The position numbers and the translations under genes were made by a program. Below are positions 1-12,626 of a stretch of 64,000 nucleotides of DNA, in pieces. Under the pieces are notes generated by a model. It had not been told where the DNA came from and ran no database searches. It worked only from the letters and a program-made list of their open reading frames with translations. Source of the DNA: Somniosus microcephalus (lineage: Eukaryota); assembly GCA_052327205.1 (NCBI GenBank), contig CM126230.1:24800001-24864000 (forward strand), in the 5' to 3' direction. The stretch's first letter is position 1. The number at the start of each line of letters is the position of its first letter.

Positions 1-952
1 GGACTTGGTGCGAGTTAGGATACGGGTCAGCGAGCACAGGGGTGATGGGCGAACGGGACCTGGTGCGAGTTAGGACACGAGTCAGCGAGCACAGGGGTGA
101 TGGGCGAACAGGACTTGGTGCGAGTTAGGACACGGGTCAGCGAGCACAGGGGTGATGGGCGAACAGGACTTGGTGCGAGTTAGGATACGGGCCAGCGAGC
201 ACAGGGGTGATGGGCGAACGGGACTTGGTGCGAGTTAGGATACGGGTCAGCGAGCACAGGGGTGATGGGCGAACGGGACCTGGTGCGAGTTAGGACACGA
301 GTCAGCGAGCACAGGGGTGATGGGCGAACAGGACTTGGTGCGGGTTAGGATACGGGTCAGCGAGCACAGGGGTGATGGGCGAACGGGACTTGGTGCGAGT
401 TAGGACACGGGTCAGCGAGCACAGGGGTGATGGGCGAACAGGACTTGGTGCGAGTTAGGACACGGGTCAACGAGCACAGGGGTGATGGGCGAACAGGACT
501 TGATGCGAGTTAGGACACGGATCAGCGAGCACAGGGGTGATGGGCGAACAGGACTTGGTGCGAGTTAGGACACGGGTCAGCAAGCACAGGGGTGATGGGC
601 GAACGGGACTTGGTGCGAGTTAGGACACGGGTCAGCGAGCACAGGGGTGATGGGCGAACGGGACTTGGTGCGAGTTAGGACACGGGTCAGCGAGCACAGG
701 GGTGATGGGTGAACGGGACTTGGTGCGAGTTAGGACACGGGTCAGCGAGCACAGGGGTGATGGGTGAACGGGACTTGGTGCGAGTTAGGACACGGGCAGT
801 GAGCACAGGGGTGATGGGTGAACGGGACTTGGTGCGAGTTAGGACACGGGTCAGCGAGCACAGGGGTGATGGGTGAACGGGACTTGGTGCGAGTTAGGAC
901 ACGGGTCAGCGAGCACAGGGGCGATGGGCGAACGGGACTTGGTGTGAGTTAG
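1..952. repeat. 55-bp minisatellite (about 17 copies, runs off the left edge) derived from L2 LINE ORF2 3' region
   Basis: Unit ggacttggtgcgagttaggacacgggtcagcgagcacaggggtgatgggcgaacg recurs at 1, 56, 111 and onward. Its reverse complement matches the L2 copy at ~28342-28398. Confidence 0.95.
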
Positions 953-1065
953 GGGGGGGGTGGGGGGGGCCGGGGGCGGGGCGGGGGGGGGCTGGGGGGG
1001 CGGGGGGGCGGCGCCGGGGCGGGGGGGCGGCGGCGGGGGGGGGGGCGCGGGGGGGAGAGCGGGGG
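952..1065 (+). repeat. G-rich low-complexity tract
   Basis: Almost pure G runs broken by C. Confidence 0.85.
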
Positions 1066-1757
1066 TTAATTTTCAATGGCACCACTTGGACAGTAACCTG
1101 GCAGAGTGGATCTCCCGCCCAATGAAATCAATGGAACAGGAATTGGGTGGGTTCAAAACAGACGGGCGAGCTGCTCGGCCAGGTTACAACTCAGGCAGCG
1201 AAGCGAAAACTGACCCGCCATCCCCCACTGTGGGCAATGCTGTGGGAAATTAACTAGTGTATGGCTGGAAATTAATCATAGTGCTTTTCCGCCAGTTAAT
1301 TTCTTTCACGCGGGTGAATCGCAGAAGTCACTCCTCGTGGATTTTATTTCTCCAAAGGTGCAAGTTCTACTTTTGGAAGTTATTTTAATATTCCTGTCAC
1401 TCTGGCCAGGCACCGACATCAGCCAAGTGGGCAGTCAGGAGATCCACTGTCCGGTCCCTGCCAATATCGTTCTGAGCCGGTGGCTGCGAGGTATGTGCGC
1501 AAGCAGTCTACTGGTGACTGCCGTGGATATTGTCTCTCACTCCCTGTGGAGAGATGCTCGGCTATTTCCTAACTGCTGAACCAAGGTTGGGAGACCAGTA
1601 GTTTGGGAGGGTGGAGGTGGGGTGGGGTGGCGGGGGGGGGTGCATGTGGTGGAATCACAGCTTTGAACCCACTCCGCAGCACCCCGTGGTAACACGAATG
1701 GAGCACCAAGACCACTTGATACAGCAGCATGCCACCTGACAAGAAACGCATTGTTAC

Positions 1758-2278
1758 AACTGCCATGGAAGGAGTTCAGCGAAGATTCACCAGGCTGATA
1801 CCTGGGATGGCAGGAATGACGTATGAGGAGAGATTGGGTCGATTGGACTTGTACTCGCTGGAGTTTAGAAGAATGAGAGGGGATCTCATTGAAACTTATA
1901 ACATTCTGACAGGACTAGACAGACTTGATGCAGGAAGGATGTTCCCAATGGTCGGGGAGTCCAGAACCAGGGGTCACAGTCTAAGGATAAGGGGTAGGCC
2001 ATTTAGGATAGAGATGAGGAGGAATTTCTTCTCCCAGAGAGTGGTGAACCTGTGGAATTCCCTACCAAAGAAGGCAGTTGAGGCCAATTCATTAAATATA
2101 TTCAAGAAGGAGTTGGATATATTTCTTAAGGCTAAAGGGATCAAGGGATATGGGGAGAAAGCAGGGACAGGGTACTGAATTTGGATGATCAGCCATGATC
2201 GCATTGAATGGCGGAGCAGGCTCGAGGGGCCGAATGGCCTACTCCTGCTCCTATCTTCTATGTTTCTATGTTTCTATG
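1758..2278 (+). mobile_element. CR1 LINE, 5'-truncated (ORF2 C-terminus plus 3' tail)
   Basis: ORF ...VQRRFTRLIPGM...RGDLIETY...RTRGHSL...RRNFFSQRVVNLWNSLP, then 3' stem-loop region and ctatgttt repeat tail. Confidence 0.95.
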
Positions 2279-2317
2279 CACCCCACACCATACAACAACA
2301 TTGGCACAGGTTAGTTT

Positions 2318-2465
2318 TGACGTAAGAAAACTACTAGGCACTTGGTCTGAGTATTAAACAAGGCTTTAATCAACTGTTTTTCAACATGGAGATCTAGTTG
2401 TGTCCTTCACTAGTTCCTGTTAAAGAATGTCCCTGGACAGCGCCACCATTTTCACATGAATTACA
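2318..2465 (-). mobile_element. Solo LTR, internally deleted, related to 46385-46610
   Basis: TG...CA ends on the minus strand; flanks agttt/agatt (4/5 match). Shares ggtggcgc, aggaactagtgaag, aactaga, aaagccttg and accaagtg blocks with the 46385 LTR. Confidence 0.7.
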
Positions 2466-2828
2466 AGATTCATGTCAAGTTTCATGGGCTCAGTGAAATT
2501 GAACTCGTTCATGGTCCTGTGGACTAATTCCCATCACTGGCCAGTGGTAGATTGTAGATTACATGCCTCTGATACTGAAGGTGATAATTCCCAGGCTCCA
2601 CCCTGCTGTTGGATGGAGGTATCAATTGCCGGGCACCAGCCATCGGTGTTTCATGCCAGCATTCTTCACCTGGTGTCCGCTGGTCGGGGTTTACTGACAA
2701 AAATCGGCGCAGGATTTAAACTTCCTGCATTGTCCTGAGGTCCCTTCCCACACACGCCCGCCCCTCCCACTCCGGCCCACCCCCACACCCCGCTCACAAT
2801 GCTGCACCCAGAGCCCTGCTCTACATAC

Positions 2829-2899
2829 GCTGATCTTCAGTGTAATCGTCCCACGCGATCAGGTGTCTCTGACTCATGGGCATGAGTTGGGCACTCAGC
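2829..2899 (-). CDS. Candidate host exon C (71 bp): (R)LSAQLMPMSQRHLIAWDDYTEDQ
   Basis: Acceptor tgtatttacAG and donor GTatgt on the minus strand; phase-compatible with 8216-8290. Product not recognised. Confidence 0.35.
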
Positions 2900-2904
2900 C
2901 TGTA

Positions 2905-5900
2905 AATACAACACACTGACTGACTGTACAACACACTGACTGTACAATACATCGAGCGCTGTGCAAGACACTGACTGTACAAGACACTGACTGTACAATA
3001 CACTGACTGTACATACACTGACTGTACAATACACTGTACAATACATTGAGCACTGCAATACACTGTACAATACACTGACTGTACAAGACACTGTACAATA
3101 CACTGTACATACACTGTACAATACACTGTACAATACATCGAGCACTGTGCAATACATTGACTGTACATACACTGACTACAATACATCGAGCGCTGTGCAA
3201 TACACTGACTGTATATACACTGACTGTACAATACATTGAGCACTGTGCAAGACACTGACTGTACAAGACACTGACTGTACAACACACTGACTGTACAATA
3301 CACTGACTGTACAATACATCGAGCACTGCGCAATACACTGTACAATACACTGACTGTACAATACATCGAGCACTGCGCAATACACTGACTGTATATACAC
3401 TGACTGTACAATACATTGAGCACTGTGCAATACACTGTACAAGACACTGTACAATACATCGAGCACTGTGTAATACACTGTACAATACACTGTACATACA
3501 CTGACTGTACATACACTAACTGTACAATACACTGTGCAATACACCGACTGTACAATACACTGACTGTACAATACATCGAGTGCTGTGCAATACACTGTGC
3601 AATACACTGACTGTGCAATACATCGAGTGCTGTGCAATACACTGACTGTATATACACCGACTGTGCAATACACTGAGCTGTACAAGACACTGACTGTACA
3701 ATACACTGTACATACATTGACTGTACAATACACTGTACATACACTGACTGTACGTACACTGGCTGTACAATACACTGTACATACACTGACTGTACATATA
3801 TTGACTGTACAATACACTATACATACACTGACTGTACAATACACTGTACATACACTGACTGTACAATACACTGTACATACACTGACTGTACAACACACTG
3901 TACAATACACTGACTGTACAATACATTGAGTGCTGTGCAATACACTGTACAATAAATCGAGCGCTGTGCAATACACTACAATACACTGTACAATATATTG
4001 AGCACTATACAATACACTGTACAATACACTGTACAATACATCGAGCACTGTACAATACATCGAGCACTGTACAATACACTGACAGTACAATATACTGACT
4101 GTGCAATACATCGAGCACTGTGCAATACACTGATTGTACAAGACACTGACAGTACAAGACACTGACTGTACAATACACTGAATGTACATACACTGTACAA
4201 TACACTGACTGTACAATACATTGAGCAATGTACAAGACACTGTACAATACACTGACTGAACATACACTGACTGTACAATACATCGAGCACTGTGCAATAC
4301 ACTGTGCAATACACTAACTGTCCAATACACTGACTGTATATACACCGACTGTGCAATACACTGAGCTGTACAAGACACTGACTGTACAATACACTGTACA
4401 TACACTGACTGTACGTACACTGGCTGTACAATACACTGTACGTACACTGGCTGTACAATACACTGTACATACACTGTACATACATTGACTGTACAATACA
4501 CTATACATACTGACTGTACATACACTGTACACTGACTGTACACACACTGACTGTACACACTGTACACACACTGACTGTACAATACATTGAGTGCTGTGCA
4601 ATACACTGACTGTACAATAAATCGAGCGCTGTGCAATACACTGAGTACAATATACTTACTGTACAATACATTGAGCACTGTGCAATACACTGTACAATAC
4701 ACTGACTGTACAAGACACTGTACAATACACTGTACATACACTGACTGTACAATACACTGACTGTACAATACATTGAGCACTGTGCAAGACACTGAATGTA
4801 CAAGACACTGACTGTACAATACACTGACTGTACAAGACACTGACTGTACAATACATCGAGCACTGTGCAATACACTGACTGTACAATACACTGACTGTAC
4901 ATACACTGTGCAATACACCGACTGTGCAATACACCGACTGTGCAAGACACTGACTGTACAATACACTAACTGTACAATACACTGTACATACACTGTGCAA
5001 TACACTGTACAATACATCGAGTGCTGTGCAATACACTGTACAATACACTGACTGTACATACACTGACTGTACATACACTGTACATACACTGACTGTACAA
5101 TACACTGACTGTACATACACTGTACATACACTGACTGTACAATACACTGACTGTACATACACTGACTGTGCACGGTGGCATAGTGGTTAGCACTGTTTCC
5201 TCACAGCGCCAGGGACCCGGGTTCGAATCTGGTCTCGGGTGACTGTCTGTGTGGAGTTTGCACATTCTCCCCGTGTTTGCGTGGGTTTCCTCCGGGTGCT
5301 CCGGTTTCCTCCCACAGTCCAAAGATGTGCGGGTTAGGTTGATTGGCTATGATAAATTGACCCTTAGTGTTAGGGGGATTAAATACGTGGGGTTACGGGG
5401 ATAGAGTGGGATATGTGTTGGTGTAGGGGTTACGGGGATCGGGTGGGATATGTGTCGGTGCAGGCTCGATGGGCCGAAATGGCCTCTATCTGCAATGTGG
5501 GGTTTCTGTGATTCTGTGAATACACTGGCTGTACATACACTGACTGTACAATACACTGTACATACACTGACTGTACATACACTGTACAATACACTGTACA
5601 TACACTGACTGTACAATACACTGTACATACACTGACTACATACACTGACTGCACATACACTGTACATACACTGACTGTATAATACATTGTACATACACTG
5701 ACTGTACAATACACTGTACATACACTGTACAATACACTGACTGTACATACACTGACTCTACATAAACTGACTACTATACACTGACTGTACATACACTGAA
5801 TGTACAATACACTGGACATACACTGTACAATATACATGACTGTACAATACACTGACTGTACATATACTGACTGTATATACACTGTACAATAAACATGACT

Positions 5901-6480
5901 GTACATACACTGACTGTACATACACTGACTGTATAATACACTGACTCTACATACATGACTGTACATACACTGACTACAATACACTGACTGTACATACACT
6001 GTACAATAAACATGACTGTACTTACACTGACTGTACATACACTGACTATAATACACTGTACATACACTGACTGTACATACACTGACTGTACAATACACTG
6101 TACATTGTACAATACACTGACTGTACATACACTGACTGTACATACACTGACTCTACATACACTGACTGTACAATACACCGACTGCACAATACACTGTACA
6201 ATACACTGTACATACACTGACTGTACAATACTGTATATACACTGCACAATACACTGTCTGCACAATACACTGCGCAATACACTGACTTTACATACACTGC
6301 ACAATACACTGACTGCACAATACACTGACTGTACATACACTGACTGTACATACTGACTGTACATACACTGTACAATACGCTGACTGTACAATACGCTGAC
6401 TGTACAATACACTGACTGTACATACACTGACTGTACAATACACTGACACTACAATACATTGTGCTGTATTATACATTGAC
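2905..6480. repeat. Complex satellite of 12/16/20-bp units (tacactgtacaa, tacactgactgtacaa, tacatcgagcactgtgcaa), interrupted by a SINE
   Basis: Directly visible. It explains all the Cys/Val/Tyr-rich ORFs in this interval. Confidence 0.95.
5170..5519 (+). mobile_element. tRNA-derived SINE (HE1/V-SINE-like) inserted in the satellite
   Basis: A box tggcatagtgg, B box ggttcgaatc, V-domain-like core ctgtgtggagtttgcacattctcccc...tccggtttcctcccacagtccaaaga, CR1-like 3' end gatgggccgaaatggcct with ctgtgatt tail. Confidence 0.9.
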
Positions 6481-7257
6481 TATTATTCACTGAGCTGTGC
6501 TCACAGTACAGAAGATTTGTTTGAATCCAGAAATAGGAAAACAGGGTTTTTTATGCTGTGTTGTTTTTCGGATGATGATAATAATCGCATCAGCAAAAAA
6601 AAACTTGAAAGCGATGGATGCAGTTATTGTATCAATTAAATATGCAATTAAAACCAAGATTATCTGAGATTAAAATGTTTAATCGTGAGATTAATTGCAA
6701 TTAATTTTTGTAATCGCTTGACAGCACTAATTATATATATATATATATATCTGTATGTGTAGGTCTATATATATGAATACATTTTTAAAATTCCTTTTTC
6801 TTTTCTAAATATCTTTGTACCTTTATCTTTTGCTTTATATACCCTTGCTTTGACTCTCCTCATCTGTTTGTTTATTTTCTTTCCATTTATTTCTTTGATC
6901 CTTATTATCATCTTCGCTTCCACTTGTTTCCATTGCCTTACCATTCTTACTTTTTTTTCACTTTTCAATTAAAATTGGTCAATAAAGTGGGCAACTAATT
7001 CTCGGCAAACACTGAGATGGAAAGATTGACACCAGCGTCCCGGAATGCTGTTTGCAGCCCAGCAGAGACAACCTTGCTGGGATCGAATAGGAATAGGAAG
7101 GACATAGTGAAATGTGAGGAAGTGAGTGCAGGCCAGCTTGTGTGGAAAAAATGAGCCACAGATTATTGTCTCGCAGTAGGACCTGTGTGAGAGTTTAAAG
7201 TCGTACTCAAGAGCTTCTGGCCCACTGTCCCCTCTGGCTAAAATCAGTAAGAAGATG

Positions 7258-8028
7258 GGCCCGTATTTTCCGATCGGAGGCTTCCTGCGTGCAGATGCCT
7301 CCTATCGGAAAAAAATCTACGGACTTACCTGAGATGCTCCCGAGGTCCAGGCACTTCTGCTCCTGGGCCTCTCCAAACGCGCAGGGCCCACGTAACCCAT
7401 AGGCGCAGGCGGTTCACAAGCGTCCCTGGGATCACGTGGGCCATGTCGAGCCAATAGGAGAAGGGAATCTCCCTTCATACTTTTGACAGATAGACCTGTC
7501 AAATATATGAATGGCGATCACCCCAAAAACACAGTAAAACATGAAATAACATTTTTTTTAAACCATCACGTTTTTCAAATGAGTTAAAATTACAATAAAT
7601 TAAATATTTGAAACAAAAATTTAATTTTTTGAAAAAATAATTAAAGTTTTTTAATGGGGCTAAAAATAAACGTACCTTTTTAAAGTTATTTTTAAATTAT
7701 AAATGAGTGAAAACAACATTTTTAAAAAAAAATTCAACTCTTATGCTGGTAAAAGCGAGCCTTATACCCACCTGCTTTTACCAGGTGTAAGATTTCTAAG
7801 GGTTTTCTGCAGGCGGAGGTTCTCCAGAAAGCGGAACTCTTCCCCCCCCCCCCACCCCCAGAGGCCCTTCTCCAGGGCAGGCGGAGGATCAGTCAAGAGC
7901 ATTCTTGGCAGATCGGAAATACCGGTTTTCAGCGCATGCGCTTCGCATGCTTGAAACCTGCATTTCCGATGTCTCTACGGGTGTGTACACAGCCCGTACA
8001 TACCCGTAGGCATCGGAAAATACGGGCC
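7258..8028. mobile_element. PIF/Harbinger-type MITE, family A
   Basis: TIR GGCCCGTATTTTCCGAT...ATCGGAAAATACGGGCC, 3-bp TSD ATG/ATG, AT-rich core. Inverted sister copy at 51920-52662. Confidence 0.9.
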
Positions 8029-8215
8029 ATGGTCAGTTAGAATCTCGAAACGCCATGATTTAGAGACAGACGTCATCATGAGATCAACCAATCTCTTCTC
8101 CATTTACCCAAAGGACTTAACTTTCACATTCTGAAAATTCTTGGATAAAATAATCCCCACAAGTCAGAATTCGGATCTGTGTGAGTAATATATCATGGTA
8201 CAGATTGCAGGAAAC

Positions 8216-8290
8216 CTGCCCTTCTGCCGGTCTTCCTTGATGATCCCAATCAGCAACTTTGTCTGCAAACAGCAATTTCTTGTTTGCAAA
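8216..8290 (-). CDS. Candidate host exon B (75 bp)
   Basis: Strong acceptor tctttgcctctcattttctAG, weak donor GTttcc. Open as LQTRNCCLQTKLLIGIIKEDRQKG or FANKKLLFADKVADWDHQGRPAEGQ. Confidence 0.35.
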
Positions 8291-8724
8291 CTAGAAAATG
8301 AGAGGCAAAGAATAAGAAGATAAACGGGTTCACTCTATTGCACATATTTACGCCAATTGCCTTAAATTAGAAGCCAATTTTATATAGACTGAATAATTCA
8401 CTGCATTTAATGTTAATATTTTAGAAACAATTTTGCTTCACACTTAATACAGCTGCAGTTCACTGAATGAAAGTAAAGATGAGTTAATATACATCGCACA
8501 GAATAACCAATATGCTTCTCAGTATCTGAAATGCTAACACACACAAAAAGTAAATCGGCCAAGCGGGATTCGAGAGGGGGTTAAAATACAAAGACTGATA
8601 CAAATACAAAATCTGACTTCTGAGGTGTTGAGAACGAGACAGAAATTTGACAAATAGAAATATCAATTATCAACACCAAGACTGAATTTTCAGTGTTTCA
8701 CCCCATTTGACTCCAGGTTCTGAT

Positions 8725-9323
8725 GTGCAGTTATACAGGGTATTGGTGAGGCCACACCTGGAATACTGCGTGCAGTTTTGGTTTCTATATTTAAGAAAAG
8801 ATATACTTGCTCTCGAGGCAGTTCAGAGAAGGTTCACTCGGTTGATTCCAGAGATGAGGGGGTTGACGTATGAGGAAAGGTTGAGTAGGTTGGGACTCTA
8901 CTCATTGGAGTTCAGAAGAATGAGAGGCGATCTTATCGAAACATATAAGATTGTGAGGGGGATTGATCGGGTGGATGCGGGGAGGATGTTTCCACTGATG
9001 GGTGAGACTAGAACTAGGGGGCATAATCTAAGAATAAGGGGCTGCCCTTTCAAAACTGAGATGAGGAGAAACTTCTTCACTCAGAGGGTAGTAAATCTAT
9101 GGAATTTGCTACCTCAGAGAGCTGTGGAAGCTGCAACATTAAATAAATTTAAAATGGAGATAGACAGTTTCCTAGCAGATAAGGGAATTAGGGGTTACGG
9201 GGAGAGGGCAGGGAAGTGGACGTGAGTTTAGGTTCGGATCAGCCATGATCCTATTGAATGGCGGAGCAGGCCTGAGGGGCCGTATGGCCTACTCCTGCTC
9301 CTACTTCTTATGTTCTTATGTTC
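8725..9323 (+). mobile_element. CR1 LINE, 5'-truncated
   Basis: ORF LYRVLVRPHLEYCVQFW...RGDLIETYK...; cttatgtt repeat tail. Confidence 0.95.
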
Positions 9324-9434
9324 AGGAAAGATCCTCAATTCTCCAGAGAAGATTGCAAAATATCTGGATGAGTTGCCGACTGCTAATGAACAGAGTGTGT
9401 AAGGGTGGAAGATGGAGAATAGATTATAGCCTAT

Positions 9435-10009
9435 GGGGGAAAAATTGTGTGGTGCCCCTTTTGGGGCGCTACTACTGAAGATCGCGGTGATACATGCATC
9501 AACGCCACACGCATCGGCACATCGCGCCGCATCATTGAAGGCCTCCCTCCCCTGATTAAAGGGGAGGGGCCTAGCGCTGCGTGCATCGGGGCCCTGCCGG
9601 ACCACCATGGAGCGGCGTGCCATGAAAACAGCCCGGCACTCAAGAGGAGTGAGCGATCGCGGCCGGCACCCCGCGTAATAAAGGGGGCAGGTGCTGGCAG
9701 TTGGCCAAAATAATAATGGCCGCCCGACACCTGCCCTTTAACTTGCGCCGCCGCTGCTGCCAAACTGCCTCCTGACCCTGTCGGACACATGGTCCGGCGA
9801 TAGGTCAGGGGGCACTAGGGAAGTTTGCGGCTGGGGCGCAAGCAAGGTGCTGCGCACTGCAATGACGTCATCAGCGGCGGCGCAGCACTGCGGGGCGCTA
9901 CCGCTACCGCCGCCGCTAACCTCCTGCTGAATTTTGCAGGAGGCGCTAGGGGATTTGCGCCCCCCGGGGGCACTAACGAGAGGCGCAAATCAACCCAATT
10001 TTATCCCCC
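9435..10009. mobile_element. Harbinger-type GC-rich MITE
   Basis: Ends GGGGGAAAAATTG...CAATTTTATCCCCC, many gcgct/agcgc motifs, TGACGTCA at ~9863. TSD imperfect. Confidence 0.75.
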
Positions 10010-11334
10010 ATCTTTAAATCAAATTAAAATTATGAACGATATATGGTAAGAATCATTTTTGCTTCCCAGATATGGGGAAAGTCTGGATTAAAGAGATATC
10101 CTTTTGACCAGTTGCTACAGGTTGTCGTGAACTTGTCTAACTTGTTAATTGGTTGCTTACATTTACTGATTAACTTAATTGGCGATTAAAGGTAGTAACT
10201 GTTCTTAATGGGTATCCAGAGTTAGTTCTTTTGCTTTATTTCGAACCTAAAACAAATGTTACTCAAATCCCTTACAATGTTTTTGATAACCATTATTCCC
10301 AAAGAGGGGAAAGGGGCTACAGAATGTGAAAGCTATAGGTCCGTTGCCCACAGAAATGGAAATCCTGGAGTATTATGAGCTACCCTGGACAAGCCGTAAA
10401 GGTTCCTTCCCCACGACTCCATTTTAAGGAACCCCTGAAATGACACAAGCTATTCCTGGCCCTGGTGTATAATCCTAGCGGGTCCCATCTATCTATAGCA
10501 ATGAGGAGCCCCTTTAGAAGACTGTGAAGGTTAACTGTTTTTAAATGATTTCGGTTCAAACAATTGCTTCAATAGTGAACTTTTGTTCAACTTTTCCATA
10601 AAGTTTGCGTGCCCTCTTCTATTTGCTCTGCAAAGAATCTTAATACAATAGTTTGCAAAAAAAAGATAGAGCAAGGACAAGGACAGTTTATTTTGTGATT
10701 TTAGGGTTTTTCCAAAAGATAAACCATTAGGAAGAACGGTACTATTTCCCATTACACTTAATTGTAGTTGAACTCTCACGTGGGTCCAAATGTACAATGC
10801 TGCAGTGCCAGAAGCATGCAGACCTTCCTGTTTTCTCTGGACATGAAGCTCTATTCAAGGTTTAACGCCACCAGTTTTAGTGCGTCAGATTGGGGATGTT
10901 ATGCAGAATACATGTTCTTCCAACAATGTTCAGACAATGGCGTGCCTGGAGAATATGCAGTTACGATAACTGTATTTAGGGAGTCAGCATAATGAGGGAG
11001 TAGACAACAGGACAGCAAGGATACCCTGCCTTACGTTTTTTAATTTTTTGGCCTTGTAAATGTTGGCACTCTAAAAATAATAATAAGAGCCTCAACTTCA
11101 GTAACTATAAGTGTGAATATAAAGGATGGCACGATGGTACAATGTATGATTTCCACCCAGATCTTTTACACTGGTTCAAAAGTCCATTCCCCCCGAACCA
11201 GTCCCCGCCCACAAAACGGGCCACACCCCCCAGGTCAGAATGGCGGGTTTCCGCGCATTGCGCCCTGATACTCGGGCACACGGGCACCCGTGGTCAGAAT
11301 AATCCAGCGTTAATCACCGGACAATCTAACAAAT

Positions 11335-11538
11335 AACAATCTAATAAATAAGAGTTGTATAATATATTTATAATAAATGTTAAATTATACCAACTCTTCA
11401 AAATAGGGAAAATAATAACTGTTTTATAATCTTCAATAACTTTTATAATTAACTTTTTGTATACATTGCTATTCTTTTCTTCTAATATTCTTACCAACTA
11501 AGAGCTAGCTGTTCTCTCTAGTCTTTTCAAAAGTGCAA
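11335..11538 (+). repeat. ~204-bp AT-rich direct repeat, copy 1 (copy 2 at 13249-13452)
   Basis: aacaatctaataaataagag...tcaaaagtgcaa occurs twice with scattered substitutions. Confidence 0.9.
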
Positions 11539-11910
11539 TAAAATCCTGACAGGATTGGACAGACTAGATGCAGGAAGGATGTTCCCGATGGTCGGGGAGT
11601 ACAGAACCAGGGGTCACAGTCTAAGGATAAGGGGTAAGCCATTTTGGACAGAGATGAGGAGGAATTTCTTCACCCAGAGAGTGGTGAACCTGTGGAATTC
11701 TCTACCACAGAAGGCAGTAGAGGCCAATTCATTAAATATATTCAAGAAGGAGTTGGATATATTTCTTAAGGCTAAAGGGATCAAGGGATATGGGGAGAAA
11801 GCAGGGACAGGGTACTGAATTTGGATGATCAGCCATGATCTCATTAAATGGCGGAGCAGGCTCGAGGGGCCGAATGGCCTACTCCTGCTCCTATCTTCTA
11901 TGTTTCTATG
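11539..11910 (+). mobile_element. CR1 LINE 3' fragment
   Basis: ORF DRLDAGRMFPMVGE...KAGTGY plus tail. Confidence 0.95.
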
Positions 11911-12264
11911 ACCTCAGTCAATGGCAGCCACTGACCCAGGTTATGTTTCTCCTGCTGCTTGTAATTACCTTAGATTATTTTAAGTTCAGTTTAAATTCAG
12001 CCAGCTGACCGGCCCTTGGGAGATACGACCTGTGGCCTGTAGTCCATTGAAGCCACACAGGGTATGTCCTGCTCTGCTGCAGTAATCAGTTAAAGGAAGA
12101 GAGCAGTGACCAGGAGTCAACTGTAGCCACAGGACAGAGAGAAGAATGTTTCACCCTGTGATCTTCAGCTTTATTCTGAAGGGAGACTCGTTTTCCTTGC
12201 CTTTGATATGACCCCACTTAGCACCTTGAGGTCCGATTGGCCCTGCTCCAGTCACAAATCGATT

Positions 12265-12626
12265 ACAATAACAACAACAACTTGTATTTATATAGCGCCT
12301 TTAAAGTAGTAAAACGTCCCAAGGCGCTTCACTGGAGCGTTATTTTAAACAAAATTTGGCAACGAGCCACATAAGGAGATCTTAGGGCCGCTGTCCAAAA
12401 GCTTGGATCAATGAGGTAAGATTTAAGGAGCGTCTTAAAGGAGGAGAGAGAGGTGACGAGGCGGAGAGGTTTAGGGAGGGAATTCCAGAGCTTAGGGCCT
12501 AGGCAGCAGAAGGCACGGCCACCAAAGGTTGAGCGATTATAATCAGGGATGCTCACGAGGGCAGAATTAGAGGAGCGCAGATATCTCGGGGGGGTTGTGG
12601 GGCTGGAGGAGATTACAGAGATAGAG
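12265..12626 (-). mobile_element. L2 LINE 3' fragment
   Basis: GGRAFCCLGPKLWNSLP...SFKTLLKSYL; (ttg)n tail on the minus strand. Confidence 0.9.

Noticed and set aside
1-952. CRISPR-like regular repeats (also 38728-39935)
   Set aside because: The units are head-to-tail with no unique spacers, there are no cas genes, and the context is eukaryotic.
960-1253. Gly-rich 97-aa ORF
   Set aside because: It comes from the poly-G tract and has a non-ATG start.
5170-5245. tRNA gene (also the heads at 54822, 60991 and 62215)
   Set aside because: The A and B boxes continue into SINE cores and LINE-like tails, with no complete cloverleaf or terminator.
2821-6476. Long Cys/Val/Tyr/Gln-rich ORFs (up to 665 aa)
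   Set aside because: They are translations of the satellite, open in several frames on both strands.
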